Positions 1 through 11,510 of a stretch of DNA of 64,000 bases are shown here, piece after piece. The stretch covers positions 744,001 to 808,000 of the forward strand of contig JADEYG010000001.1 of assembly GCA_016906335.1 (NCBI GenBank), given 5' to 3'. Positions within the stretch are counted from its first letter, which is position 1. Every line of letters begins with the position of its first letter. The notes beneath the pieces are model-generated. The model saw only the letters and a program-made list of their open reading frames with translations, was not told the origin of the DNA and made no database searches. The stretch comes from Novakomyces olei (Eukaryota). The position numbers and the translations under genes are program-made.

Positions 1-816
1 CAATCGAGCTAGTCTTTACAACCGGCTCTGGAGCGTGCAAGAAGCGCTGAGCACAGGGCAGGCAAAAGACGTGGCCACATTTGGCAATTCTAGGTGCTGA
101 GGGCTCTTCAGATAAACAGATGGGGCACTGGTTAGGAGAAGCGCAAGAGGCAGGAGGGCCCACTACCTGTAAAACTTGATCCCAAGGCACCAGCATATCC
201 GGGTTACTAATCTGAGCAGAATAATCCCCACTAGGATCAACCATAAATCGGAAATTGGCATTAATGAACTTCATCTTGTCCATCGGATGATGGCCCGATC
301 CCAGGCCAAAAGTTCGAGCCCGATTTCGAGCCATTACGGCAGCACGTGAATCGTACACTGAACCGCTTGATTCCTGCCGAGGGGGCATAGAAAAGTTCAA
401 CAAATGGTTCAAATTCTGTTTACGTCCTTTTGAACGGTACAAGTCTTCAGCATCATATTCCATATCGTCCTCAAACCCTAATGATCTGGGCGAGTTCCGT
501 TCCGGTTTACGATGGTTCCTGTGCTCCCGTTTACAAGACTGTGCTTGTGTATTGCGTGGACGTGCTCCGCGGCCTGCCGTGTCAGTGTCACGTTAAAAGG
601 ACTAGAGTGTAATACGCTGAGGACGACTAGCCAAGATCTAGCTAAGATCTATCCTCAACAGCATACCAAACCCCACCAAAACTTACCCTGAGACTTGCTC
701 GTGTCTGTGCGAGGCGCACTAGACCCAATACTCCCTGTGGGACCGGCGCCCGTACCGGCGTACGCCGAGACAAAAGCCGGAGTTGTTGTGTTTGTAAGCT
801 TCCCGCTTTTGCTCAT
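1..816 (-). CDS. RNF10/Mag2-like C3HC4 RING finger E3 ligase, 5' part; runs off the window start
   Basis: Manual minus-strand translation gives NLNHLLNFSMPPR...KFINANFRFMVDPSGDY...PDMLVPWDQVLQV...CPICLSEEPSAPRIAKCGHVFCLPC. ATG at 816; GTAAGT intron from 686 to ~573. Confidence 0.85.
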
Positions 817-1456
817 AGCTGGCGCCTGGACGAGGCAAAAGAGCAGGAAAGTTCTTGGCTTCCAGAAACGATAAATGTACTAGAGCCAGGCGGCGGCCTC
901 TAAACTTTCTAGACTAGTCTCTCAACGGCCACGTCGTCCTCAAAGGCACTCGGGCTTCTGAGGCTTCTCCCCGCGAGGTGAGCTTGAGTCTTGTTACTAT
1001 ACCGCACGTACGCTCTGCGTGTAGGCTTACTTGGTTTGTGGAAGTAGTAATATTTATTTATTTATATATTTTTTATATTCTATATATTCTGGTAATACCA
1101 TCGTGACATTATGTATGTAATATCTGAACAACAGTATCTAGATCGAGACACTTGATACCACTCTATATGGAATCATGTTTGGTGTTATGATTAGGGTTAG
1201 GATTAACATTGCCGTTTGATACCCCATACTTTACAATCATCTATACAGTGAGTGGCCGTAGAAGGCGACACAGCGATAGCAAACAGCGGTATTGAGGATA
1301 GTTGAGCACCGGAAAAGGCAGAACAGCAACCACACCGAGCGCAAGAGCAGTGTTAAAAGACGTATATCTGGACCAGAAACTTCCCAATACTGTGCTTGAC
1401 CGTTGGGGCCAAAGATCCTGTGCATTTCTGATAGTATATGTTACGGCACACACGTT

Positions 1457-2631
1457 ATGGAGACACTGCCGCTCGTGAGGCTGCCGCTGCCGGCCGTACT
1501 GTTTCCTAATCTCACTATGCGCTTCAGCGTAGACGCTGAGACTTTCCATCGCCTAGAGACAGCTCCGCTGTGTGCCTGTGTCCCGAACGCGGGGAACAAG
1601 ACAGAGGAACTGTTCCATACGGGCTGTGTAGCCCGAGTCTTGCGCGTGGAAAAGGCAGAGGAGTACAGTGTCGCTGTGCAAGGTAAGAGTATGGTTTGAG
1701 GATCAGCTAATGACGGTGTACAGGAAAGTACAGAGCAGAGATTGAAGCGGAGAAGGACGGTGAAGTATCTGTCCTGCCGGTAAAAGACGGTACGTTTGAT
1801 ATTGGTGGTTTGTCTACAGTCAAACGCTGCGACCGAGTACTCTCAGGTGCAGTCTTGACGGGCTTATTTATTTTCTCTGCTTTAGTTTTTTCTGTTTTGG
1901 TTTTATTTGCCAAATTAATCACAACAGACGCAAGCGATGTTTCTGCAGCAGTGCGGGATTTATTGGAACAGTTTCGTCGAATTATTCGTATTCTTGTCCT
2001 CGTGGACAGAACCCATGCTTCCGCACTGTCACGCATCGACGCACTCATCTCGCGTGCGAGTAGAGATGAACTGACTGGCTACATTGATTTGCTTGTCAGC
2101 GTAATGGAGATTGATTACAAGGACAAATTGTGGTTCTTGGGAGAGCCGAGTCTGCTTGAGCGGATTGTTCGAGGTAAAGATCTCTTGGCCGCTCAGCTGG
2201 ATAAGTACCAGCTGTCTGCTTTTGATAAGGCGCCCAGGGAAAAACGTTTGAGGTCTTCTTTATCGCCTCAGTTTAAACTCGCCTCAGACAGAGAAGAAGA
2301 CGATGAAGACGATCTCGATTCACTACTGCTCAGACTGGAGAATGCCAAGTTGCCTCCACAGATTGAGACAATGGCGCGCAAGGAGTTTAAGCGGTTAAAG
2401 AGAATGCAGCCATCACAGGCAGAATATAATGTTATTCGCACTTACCTCGAGACACTGGCAGAAGTCCCTTTTACCCCGTCAGACACGGCAACCGTGGACC
2501 AGGCGTCTATACAAAGGGCCAGGGAAATACTGGACAATGATCATTATGGACTAGAGAAGGTAAAGCGCCGATTGATTGAGTACTTGGCCGTACTGCGCTT
2601 GAAACAACAGCAGGTTCCTGCAAAATTATGA
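1457..2631 (+). pseudogene. Truncated Lon protease (peroxisomal LonP2-like): N-terminal domain only, no AAA+ or protease domain
   Basis: LPLVRLP...VLFP at the start, then KEFKRLKRMQPSQAEYNVIRTYLE and ARExLDNDHYGLEKVKRRLIEYLAV. Introns ~1683-1722 and 1790-1927. Stop at 2631 with no Walker A before the convergent LSM4. Confidence 0.8.
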
Positions 2632-2962
2632 ATGACAAGGCTTTTAAATCTCAAATCCAGCTAGCTCGTGCTTTATAAGCTTTGATTTATCGTTCGATGT
2701 GGTTTGTCTATTTTTTGTGTATCATTTGATCGCCGGTGTGTACAATCTGTCTGTTTGTCGACTTCATTTTGTAATATTTTGGCTACGGCCGATAAAGCGG
2801 CATATACCTCGTACTAGTGGCAGTCTACAGCAATGCATTAACATTAAATCATGCTACAGATAACATTAAATCATGCTACACCTGCATTGGCACAGATACA
2901 CACACAAGTATTACAAAGCGCCTCGCTCATCCAACGGAATAGCGCTCTGTCAATATAATTTT

Positions 2963-3592
2963 CTATTGCTGATCATTGTGAAAATTCCCTCGTCCACGGC
3001 CGGGAGCGCCTCGACCCCGTCCACCGCGGTCCCCTCGACCCCTTGAAGCCCCTCTGCCACCTTTGATATAAGTATAAGCATCCTTACATGTAGATCTTTG
3101 TCAAAATTTAAAACAATAGTCATAAAGAGTTATAGTAGGAGCACATTCGCAGCCGAATAATGATAATGATAAAGGCAATGGCACTCACCTCGCATATTTC
3201 CGCGAGCCGCACGCTCGGCGCGCTGCTGCTGCTGCTGTTTGGCAACAATATCCAAAACTTCGTCTTGAATTCGTAGATACTTTATATTGTTCCCGCGAAT
3301 ATAACACTCTTTTAATTCAAAAAATCGGTCGCCATCCTGAGAAATGAGCACGGCGCTAAATAGCTGCATACCGCTGAGGTCTGAATGACCTGCTTGAGCG
3401 TAAGATTCATGTAATTGTCGCATTTGTCTAAATGCCCGTTGTACGTTTCGCCATTTTTAAGCTCAACCAGCTGGACGATGATTAGTTTTGTAGGCCTACA
3501 GACAGTTCTACCATTGGCCGGCCTTGTGCGGCCGTAAGAAGCGAGAGCGGTAACTAATACGTCAGCCCAACGACGTCAAAGGCGCTTACCAT
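2963..3592 (-). CDS. LSM4: U6 snRNA-associated Sm-like protein Lsm4
   Basis: Spliced [38 protein letters not shown]...[18 protein letters not shown] plus an RG-rich tail. The first coding exon is only the ATG. Confidence 0.95.
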
Positions 3593-4265
3593 AACACTCT
3601 CGATGGTATTTGTCGATTTTGCCTATGATTGACAAATACATACACTAACTTTGAACTGTAATATATAAATTATCATTACTGCTATAATCACAAAGAAAAT
3701 GGATAACCGTGTATAATATTACAATGAGCAGGATAATATACATAAAATGCGTATTATATGAGGGGTAGCATAGTAGTTGTATATAGTGGAAAATAGAGCC
3801 ATACTGAATATCTACTTGAAACAACTCCATTTTAATCTCTATTTTATCTACATTAAAATCTCTAATTAAAATCTATTTTAAAGCATATAACCAGTGCCAT
3901 ATAATAATTGCGAATTAATTGTCGATAACTGCTTCGGCGGCCCACCTTATAATATACGAGACTTTAATTGAAATTAAACTTGTACTCAAATTTTTATACA
4001 ACATTTTTATATAGACACATTTAATATATAAATATATTCAGTTCCTATAATAAAAAAGAAGCCGACTGCACGAGACCATCCTTGGCTTTCATGACGCTGA
4101 CAGCGTAACGCGGTGTTGAGGCTTCATTCATTTTCTCGTCAGTTTTTGGTTTGCATTTTAAAAGGCAGAACGTTATACATGTACTAGCTTCTGCAATAGA
4201 ATCTCTGTCAACTATCCGGTTAGCGCGTATTACTAAAGCTCTGTCACATACTTTTTGTTTGCCGT

Positions 4266-6529
4266 ATGAGCGGGGAAAACGAGGGATTAGTCGCCTTCCA
4301 GCAGATCCCTGCACAGGACACTCACTGGCCAGCTTCTGAAAGTGTGGCTCAGCATGTCGGCTATGATTACCGGCCATACAAATATCAGGTAATGAAGTAT
4401 TGGCGGTCTGCAATTTTGCAAAATTTATTTTATTGTACACATCTACTTGGTCCCTGCCTTGTAAATATTTTTGCTTACAATCAACTCTTGCCTGTGGGGT
4501 TTACCTGCCAATTTGAAATGAGATTTAGTATAGCATTTTACAAATTTTGCTGTTTGACGAGTATCATCAATTTTTTGCTAACCTTGCAGTTGCCGTGGTG
4601 CTCTTATGGAAACGCACACTTTCCACGACGACGGCGGCGACGCCGTCGGGCACTAAATGGAAAACTTGCTCCTCAAAAGCTGTCAAAAGGCGAACCAGCG
4701 ATTCATGGCAATCCAGTAATCGGGAGAGATGGAGGGCAACTACACGAGAATCAAACTATAGAAGAAAATGTCCAGTCTGCAGCCGTAAAACAGCCAGTCA
4801 GAAACTGGTCTGATCTGGTTAAATCAGGTCTCTCACAAAATGGTCATTCTCGGTCTGTTTCAAAAACTGTACAGCCTTCGGTTTCGCAAGACTCGGATAA
4901 GGCTGGTGGCCTTTACGATTTAGGCGAGCTTTTGCTAGAACTTGAACAGGAAGGAATCTCCTCACAAAGGGCGCCTCTGGTCCGGCCACGGGGTCTTGTT
5001 AATACAGGCAATATGTGTTTTATGAATGCTATATTACAAGCAATGATTTTTTGCCCTAGTGTATTTAATCTTCTACACACAATCGGAAGCCGTGCTATAC
5101 ACAGTTTTACGGATTCTACACCTCTTTTAGACGCAATGTATGTCGTTTGTTCCCTTGGTCTCCTTTTTGATATGTTGTAATATTCGTTTTCATTGGGAGT
5201 TTCTCTAATATTGGCTCTTACGATATGGATCTTTTATCTTTTCTTTTTTTGGGAATGCTTTAGCATCATCTTTATTGCTTTTTTATATCCCGCTTTTTGT
5301 TTTGAATAATAACTAAAGTACTAGGATTATGTTACAGAGAGAGTACAGAATACAGAACGATCGTTACGAAGAAGGTCAATCTACATATGCAAGTGAATAC
5401 GACGAGCCATTTATCCCCGAGATTGTTTATGATGCCATGCACGGCAGTCAGCGCTTCCGTTCCATGCAGGTATCTTACTCTAAATATATATATTCAGCCA
5501 TATTTTTGGTCTCTTTAAAATTTTTACTCTGCTATGAAAGCCTTTTACTCTGCTCCGGAAGAGCTTTCTGTTCTCATCATTATTACTTGATCTTTATTCA
5601 GCCCAATGTTTTAAGATATTATCGTTTAGTTCACGTTTTCTTCACATTAGCAATTACTAATTGAGTAGCGCGGCCATCAACAGGATGCAGAGGAATTTTT
5701 AGGTTTCCTACTCGACGGCCTTCACGAAGAGCTTGTACATGTTTATAAAAAGTACCATTCCAAAATAAATGCCAACGTCAATGGTGATAAGTTTCACAAG
5801 CAGGACGACCGAAATACCTCTGAATCAGACGGCGGTTGGATGGAAGTTGGCAAGAAACAAAAGCTTGCAAATACCCGTAATGCACAGATCACTGAATCCG
5901 CAATTACTCGACTCTTTGGTGGGGAATTAAGGTCTGTTGTCAGTGTTCCCGGGCAAAAAGACTCTATAATATTAGAACCATATCTGTCTCTACAACTAGA
6001 TATTCAAGCCGAAAATGTGCATACAATAGCAGACGCTCTTCGCAATATTCCTGAACCTGAGACTTTAGGCGAGTTTCGTACTAGTAAGGGGTCTCCCTTG
6101 ACAACAGCGACAAAACAAGTTTATATCGAAAGCATGCCCGAGATTTTGGTGCTACATTTAAAGAGATTCATATACGATAGTATCGGAGGAGTTCAAAAGT
6201 TTTGGAAAGTTGTGGGGTATCCGTTGGAACTGGAAATACCGGCATCCGCAATATCTCCGTCACGGAGATCGTCCACTGCGAATAAAGTCTATCGACTACG
6301 TGCTGTTATCTACCATCATGGCATGTCGGCCTCTGGTGGTCATTATACGGCAGACATTCTGAGGCAGGATAATGCGAGCTGGCTTAATATAGACGATACA
6401 TTTATCCGGCCAACAAGCGCTGAGCATGTTGGTATTGACGTTGCCAAAGCTGATGCGGAATCGCGTCGACGCTATGAGACATCGGACCGAATTGCGTACA
6501 TTCTTTTCTACGAGCTAGTTCACCGGTGA
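4266..6529 (+). CDS. UBP3: Ubiquitin-specific protease Ubp3/USP10
   Basis: Cys box RGLVNTGNMCFMNAILQ, QQDAEEFL, and His box YHHGMSASGGHY; three introns. Confidence 0.92.
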
Positions 6530-7293
6530 ATAGTGGGTAATGCACATTGAGGTTTTATTAAATATTCAAGAAATTGCATTCAGAGCGGAGCTTGAACTGG
6601 ACGGCGAAGGCGAGATTTCTGGTTTTTCTTAGTGTGTGCGCTTTGGAAGGAGAGAGGAATTAACGTGTGTACATATTCTTATGAAGGAGAAGGTTTGAAA
6701 GATATTTGAGGAATAGACGAAAGCGAGGAGTAAATGTAAAAGTGGAAGCAGAGCATAAAAGAGACAAGTCAAAGAGTTTACACAAAACTGAATTATGCCA
6801 AATCATGTCTTTAAAACGGCAAAGCTATTTTCCTAGTGATTGAATATGATAGTGTGCAAACGGACCAATTAGACAATTGGAAATCACCTTAACGGCCTCA
6901 ATGGCCATATAATATCGTCACCATATGGATTGTAAATAAAATATTGATTAGTATCGGTTTTTCTGGCTTACTTGGTCTGTATGATAAGCATAGTAAGTCG
7001 GATTTGGGATGAGTGGCTATTTTAGATCTATATTTGTATCATCAGCCATTATTATTGTTTATACTATTTATACTATTTATACATATATATTTTTTTACTT
7101 TTTTGGTTATTATTACTTTTTATATATTTTGTTTCCTATTTTATTAATATAATATCTGCACAGTTTCTCATACTTTTCCTATTAAATCATAAATTTTCCT
7201 GTAAATAAGTACAGACCTATCAATCCACCGGCAATAAACAACACGTTTGAACTGCCCAATCACACTGAGGATTGTGCTTTGACTGACCTGTCA

Positions 7294-9085
7294 ATGGCGG
7301 TGAGAACGCGTTCAGTCAAAGAGCCGCGCACGCGGAATGCACAGCCCGATCTGACACCGATCCCCGAAACGCCAAGACGATCAAGTCGCGTTCGTAAGCA
7401 GGCAGCACAAAATGCAGTTTCTGCCAACGATTCTACCAATGGAATCGTGAACAGTATCGGTGAGCGAAGCTCACAAAAACCGTTTGTTTTGCCTCCTAAA
7501 TTAGACTCAGTTGAACAAGGCACTTTTGCTTTGCCCAATGGTTCATCGACCAGGGAAGAACCCAAAATGCTGGCGTCTCATGATTCGGCAGAGCGTCCAA
7601 TAACAACCGACGAGTTTGGCGGGCCAATTGGCAATATTGCCATTATTATTTTTTCTCCTACTCTGATTTATTATCTGTGGTACTGCGCTACTTTTAATGA
7701 CGGACAGATATTCCTGCCGTCCTCCTCCCTCTCACTCCAGCAATGGGCTGCTACTATTGCCCAGCATATTGTAGAGCACGCTTTCCCGCACGCCAAAGCC
7801 TGGGCTATTTTTCTGACTTTTGTTGTGTGGCAAGCAGTCATGTATGTGTACATGCCGGGCATTTACGCAAAAGGACTGCCTCTTGGAAATGGAATGCGAT
7901 TGGATTATTATTGCAGTGCTATTTGGAGCTATTACGCTACAATAGCCGTGGAGCTGGCTCTCCATTTCTCCTCCATTTTTAAACTTTACACTATTATCGA
8001 TGAGTTTGGGTCAATTATCTCCGTGTCTATTATTTTCTCTTTTGCCGTTAGTGTCGGCATTTACGCTTGTGGCCGGATTTTCAAGTGCGAGTATAGGCCC
8101 AGTGGCAATGTTATCCACGATTTTTTCATGGGGACCATCTTGAACCCACGAATTGGGAAATGGCTGGACTTGAAAATGTTTGCTGAAGTTCGGTTTCCTT
8201 GGTACGTGCTTAGTACTTTGGCTATTGCCACTGCTCTGAAGCAATATGACGTTTATGGTGAAGTCTCGCCTCAAGTCTATTTCATCGTTCTCGCCACGTT
8301 CTTGTACGCAAATGCCTGTTCTAAGGGCGAAGAGTGTATCATTCCGACGTGGGATATGTATCGTGAGAAATGGGGGTTCATGCTCATCTTTTGGAATTTT
8401 GCCGGTGTCCCTTTCTCTTATTGTCACTCGATCATTTTCTTGGCGTACCATGATCCTGCGACTTACAACTGGCCTTGGTACTATAATGCTGGTTGCCTGA
8501 TTTTGCTGTTGGGTGCTTACTTTGTGTTTGATACTTGCAACAGCCAAAAGAACTGCTTTCGTCAGCAAATGTTTGGTACTTATTCACCACGCAAGGCGTT
8601 TCCGCCACTGCCTTGGCTCGTCGTTAAAAATCCTACTTTTATAAAATGCGCAAATGGTGGAACACTATTAACTAGCGGATGGTGTACGTTATATTCCTAT
8701 GCGAATTCTTTTGTTTTCTTGATTTGTTTTTTTCTATTTAATTTCGTTATTTTGTTGTGTCTTATTAATTTTTCTATTCTCATTGTTTATTTAATTCTAA
8801 CTTTTAGACCGCTACGCTCGTAAAATTCACTACTCTGCAGACCAATTGCAATGTCTTTCTTGGAGTCTCATTACAGGGTTTTCATCACCTATTGCATACT
8901 TTTATCCCGTGTTCTTTTTTGTCATGGTCCTTCACCGTGCATCGCGCGACATCAGCCGCTGCAAGGAAAAGTATGGAAAGGACTGGGACGAGTATTGTCG
9001 CATTTGTCCGTACTTGTTTATTCCGGTAAGCTGAGCTTTTTTGACTTTGCTTCAAACTAACCTTTTTTCACAGTATATATTCTAG
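7294..9085 (+). CDS. ERG4: Delta(24(24(1)))-sterol reductase
   Basis: [59 protein letters not shown]; two 3' introns. Confidence 0.93.
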
Positions 9086-9399
9086 ACGTATGCTAAGCCG
9101 TGTGGCTTGAGTAAAAGAGCAAGAGCAGAAAAAGGGCCTAGACTTTTGTACAGGGATTCTGCGACAATCTACCTTTATAATCAACGGGTCCTGTATTGTT
9201 TAAAAGAAAAAATTTTATTTGTCTCTCATAGAGAAGTTTGGGAGTAGCATGAAAAAGGCTGGGCATGAACAATGGTAGTTTTAATTTTGCACAAAAAGAC
9301 AAACTTATTATTTTCATGCACAGTACATTTCCTGCATATTTTTGTTATCAACATCTATTATAATTCATTACTAAAATCACATGGCACTAGTGCCTCATT

Positions 9400-10276
9400 A
9401 ATTAATTTCGTTTCAGCTTCCGGTTCTTTTTCTTCTTTGCCAATTTTTCAGCCTTGTAAGCATCTAGGAAACTACCACTGGCTTTTAAACGTTTTGTTTT
9501 TTTGCCAACCGAACCTTTGCCCTCGTACTCCTCGTCTTCGCTGGATGAAGAATGCTCGTTCCGTTCTTGAACAACCGGCTTTTCTATTGTAGAACGTATG
9601 CGTTTTTGCAGTGTTGGATTTAGCGATGCGTATGCCTTGTTTGCCGGAAATTTTTGCGACGAGGAGGCTACGTTCCCCAGTCCTGCAGCTTGTATTTTCT
9701 TCAAGCTCGCATCTTCTTCTTGCTCGCCCTCGCTCTCAGATCCCTGTGCAATCCATGAAGAGACGATACTTCTTGTTACGCTCAACGACGCATCAATTTG
9801 TGCAGAGACTTTACAATTAGTTGAAGCTGTCAAAAAAGGCTTTATTCGTACTTTTCTTTGATTCTTCATAGTCGATCCTGGCGGCCATATACGCCGACAA
9901 CCAAGATGAATTATTATGAATTATTATGAATTAAATTATGAATTAAATTATGAATATATTATGAATATATTATTACATTATGTAAAGCGTTTGCGTCGAT
10001 ATAAAAATCACCATTACGTATACTAAATAACCGTTCAGGATGACTTGTAAATAAGAATAGTATAGTGCCCTTATATAATATACTACAATAAAAAGTTTAT
10101 GGTATATAGTAAACGAAAAAATGGTAATATAATAAATTATTGTACACGGCGCGCGCGTTCCCACGTTTTAGTGAAAATCTTAATGCAATTAGCTTACGCA
10201 TTTTAAATAATTGTGGGTTGCTTATGTAATAAATACATTTCAAATTTATAGAGGTCCAAACCTTTACAGCACAGAT
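9400..10276. repeat. Direct segmental duplication, copy 1 (pairs with 12664-13502)
   Basis: Near-identical sequence from AATTAATTTC to CCTTTACAGCACAGAT in both copies. Confidence 0.97.
9402..9869 (-). CDS. Small Lys-rich fungal protein (DUF3245-like), intact copy
   Basis: 155-aa ORF with SIVSSW...GLG...LQKRI and a KKKKNRK tail. The family assignment is from motif memory only. Confidence 0.6.
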   Translation of the reverse strand: MKNQRKVRIKPFLTASTNCKVSAQIDASLSVTRSIVSSWIAQGSESEGEQEEDASLKKIQAAGLGNVASSSQKFPANKAYASLNPTLQKRIRSTIEKPVVQERNEHSSSSEDEEYEGKGSVGKKTKRLKASGSFLDAYKAEKLAKKKKNRKLKRN

Positions 10277-10547
10277 GGCCTTTTATTTATACCCATGATT
10301 TCGTGAGGCAGTTATGCCGCCGGGGCAATGTATTCGGCGTTAGGCGTTACCGCAAAAAATTGCTTAAATCCGCGTTGTGTATTCGCGCCGATTAAAGATG
10401 CGGTCAAATCGTAGTCATACTAGTTTTAACACCAAGCAATTTACGCCGGCTTTAGGGCATTATAAATTAGAACGTTTCGGAGTTAAGAGCTGGCGTCCCC
10501 TAACGCCGCTCGAGAAATACGAAGCTGTGCGCAGTCACGTCTGGCCC

Positions 10548-10950
10548 GCGCTACGTATGACGGGCGAATCAAGAGCCGATCTAGAGCACTCACACCAGCG
10601 GCGACTTATGGCCGGGAGTGAAATGGTGTGCAACGAATATATACTCAGCCACGGGCTCAAGATTGTTCAAGATCTACGACAGCTGGAGAGCATCCACATA
10701 ATCGCGCACTAATAAACTTAGCGTCGGTCCCCATGAATTATTTTCCAGTGAGATTTTGTCAGTGCGCGTATAAGGAAGGGTATCTCGCTCTGCCTTATCG
10801 GCAGATGAAGTCCGAAGACTGCACCCAATCGGGCATATCTTCTTGGTCCTCCAAGGAGCTGCTGCTACATAGGGATTCTCTGGAATAAACACGAGCACCT
10901 TACGGTTGAGCCGATTGGCCGCTGTAACTGTTGACTGGGTCAACTGAGCT
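10548..10950 (-). pseudogene. Diverged, internally deleted duplicate of the SnoaL-like locus
   Basis: 10548-10710 aligns with 11000-11160 (3' flank plus last codons VRDYxxALQLS). 10720-10950 aligns with 11628-11878 (upstream region). The rest of the CDS is missing. Confidence 0.85.
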
Positions 10951-11123
10951 GGCGCTACGTATGACGGGTAAACCAAGGGCCGATTTTAAAGTATGGCCGG
11001 CGCTATGCATGACAGGAACATCAGGGGCCGATCTAAAGCCCTAGCACCAGCGGCGATATACCGCCGGAAGTGAAGTGGTGCAACGGCTTTACACTCAGCT
11101 ACGGGCTCAAGAGAATTCAAGAC

Positions 11124-11510
11124 CTACGACAGCTGGAGCGCGTTCATATAATCGCGCACTCTGTGAATCTTTCCTTCGTGTACTGTGAAAAACCAAACAT
11201 AATCCAAAACTTTTGGCTCACCGCTCGGTACGCTGGTATGGTGGCCCGTTGCCTCAACAATTATTTCGTTGCCAATGGTACGTGCGATCACGGGCTCAAA
11301 CGACCCGAATTTGACAAAAGTGGGAAGTTTCTCCATGTAGCTGCTTATGGCCTGCTTGCCCTCCAACTTCGTGGGCATGCCCTCTGGAGCAAACGGAAAT
11401 TCATGCACCGCATCATCCGCGTATAAATCAACATAGGCAGAGATGTCGTTGGACTGCAAGGCCTTGCGCATCTCCTCAAGCAGAGGTGGGAGTTGCTGAG
11501 AGGTGGACAT
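11124..11510 (-). CDS. SnoaL-like / NTF2-fold (PhzA/B-, YesE-like) protein, intronless
   Basis: DLYADDAVHEFPFAPEGMP.KLEGKQAI..Y...GKI.RVRDYMN matches the SnoaL_2 pattern. TATA-like TATTTAAA ~50 nt upstream. Confidence 0.88.
   Translation of the reverse strand: MSTSQQLPPLLEEMRKALQSNDISAYVDLYADDAVHEFPFAPEGMPTKLEGKQAISSYMEKLPTFVKFGSFEPVIARTIGNEIIVEATGHHTSVPSGEPKVLDYVWFFTVHEGKIHRVRDYMNALQLS

Noticed and set aside
128-166. Apparent 39-nt intron (GTAGTG...CTAACCAG) in the RING gene
   Set aside because: It is in frame and stop-free, and supplies the linker expected between the W..VLQV motif and CPIC, so it is treated as coding.
2838-2880. 20-bp tandem duplication TAACATTAAATCATGCTACA
   Set aside because: A simple local slippage duplication in a 3' intergenic region; no element lies between the copies.
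10548-11040. CRISPR-like interpretation of the three ~40-bp repeats
   Set aside because: Spacing is irregular, the repeats are degenerate, the context is eukaryotic and no cas genes are present. Tandem duplication explains them.
10377-11426. Plus-strand ORFs 10377-10712 and 11070-11426 that resemble each other
   Set aside because: The similarity comes from the DNA duplication. They overlap the SnoaL locus antisense, begin at non-ATG codons and lack recognisable motifs.
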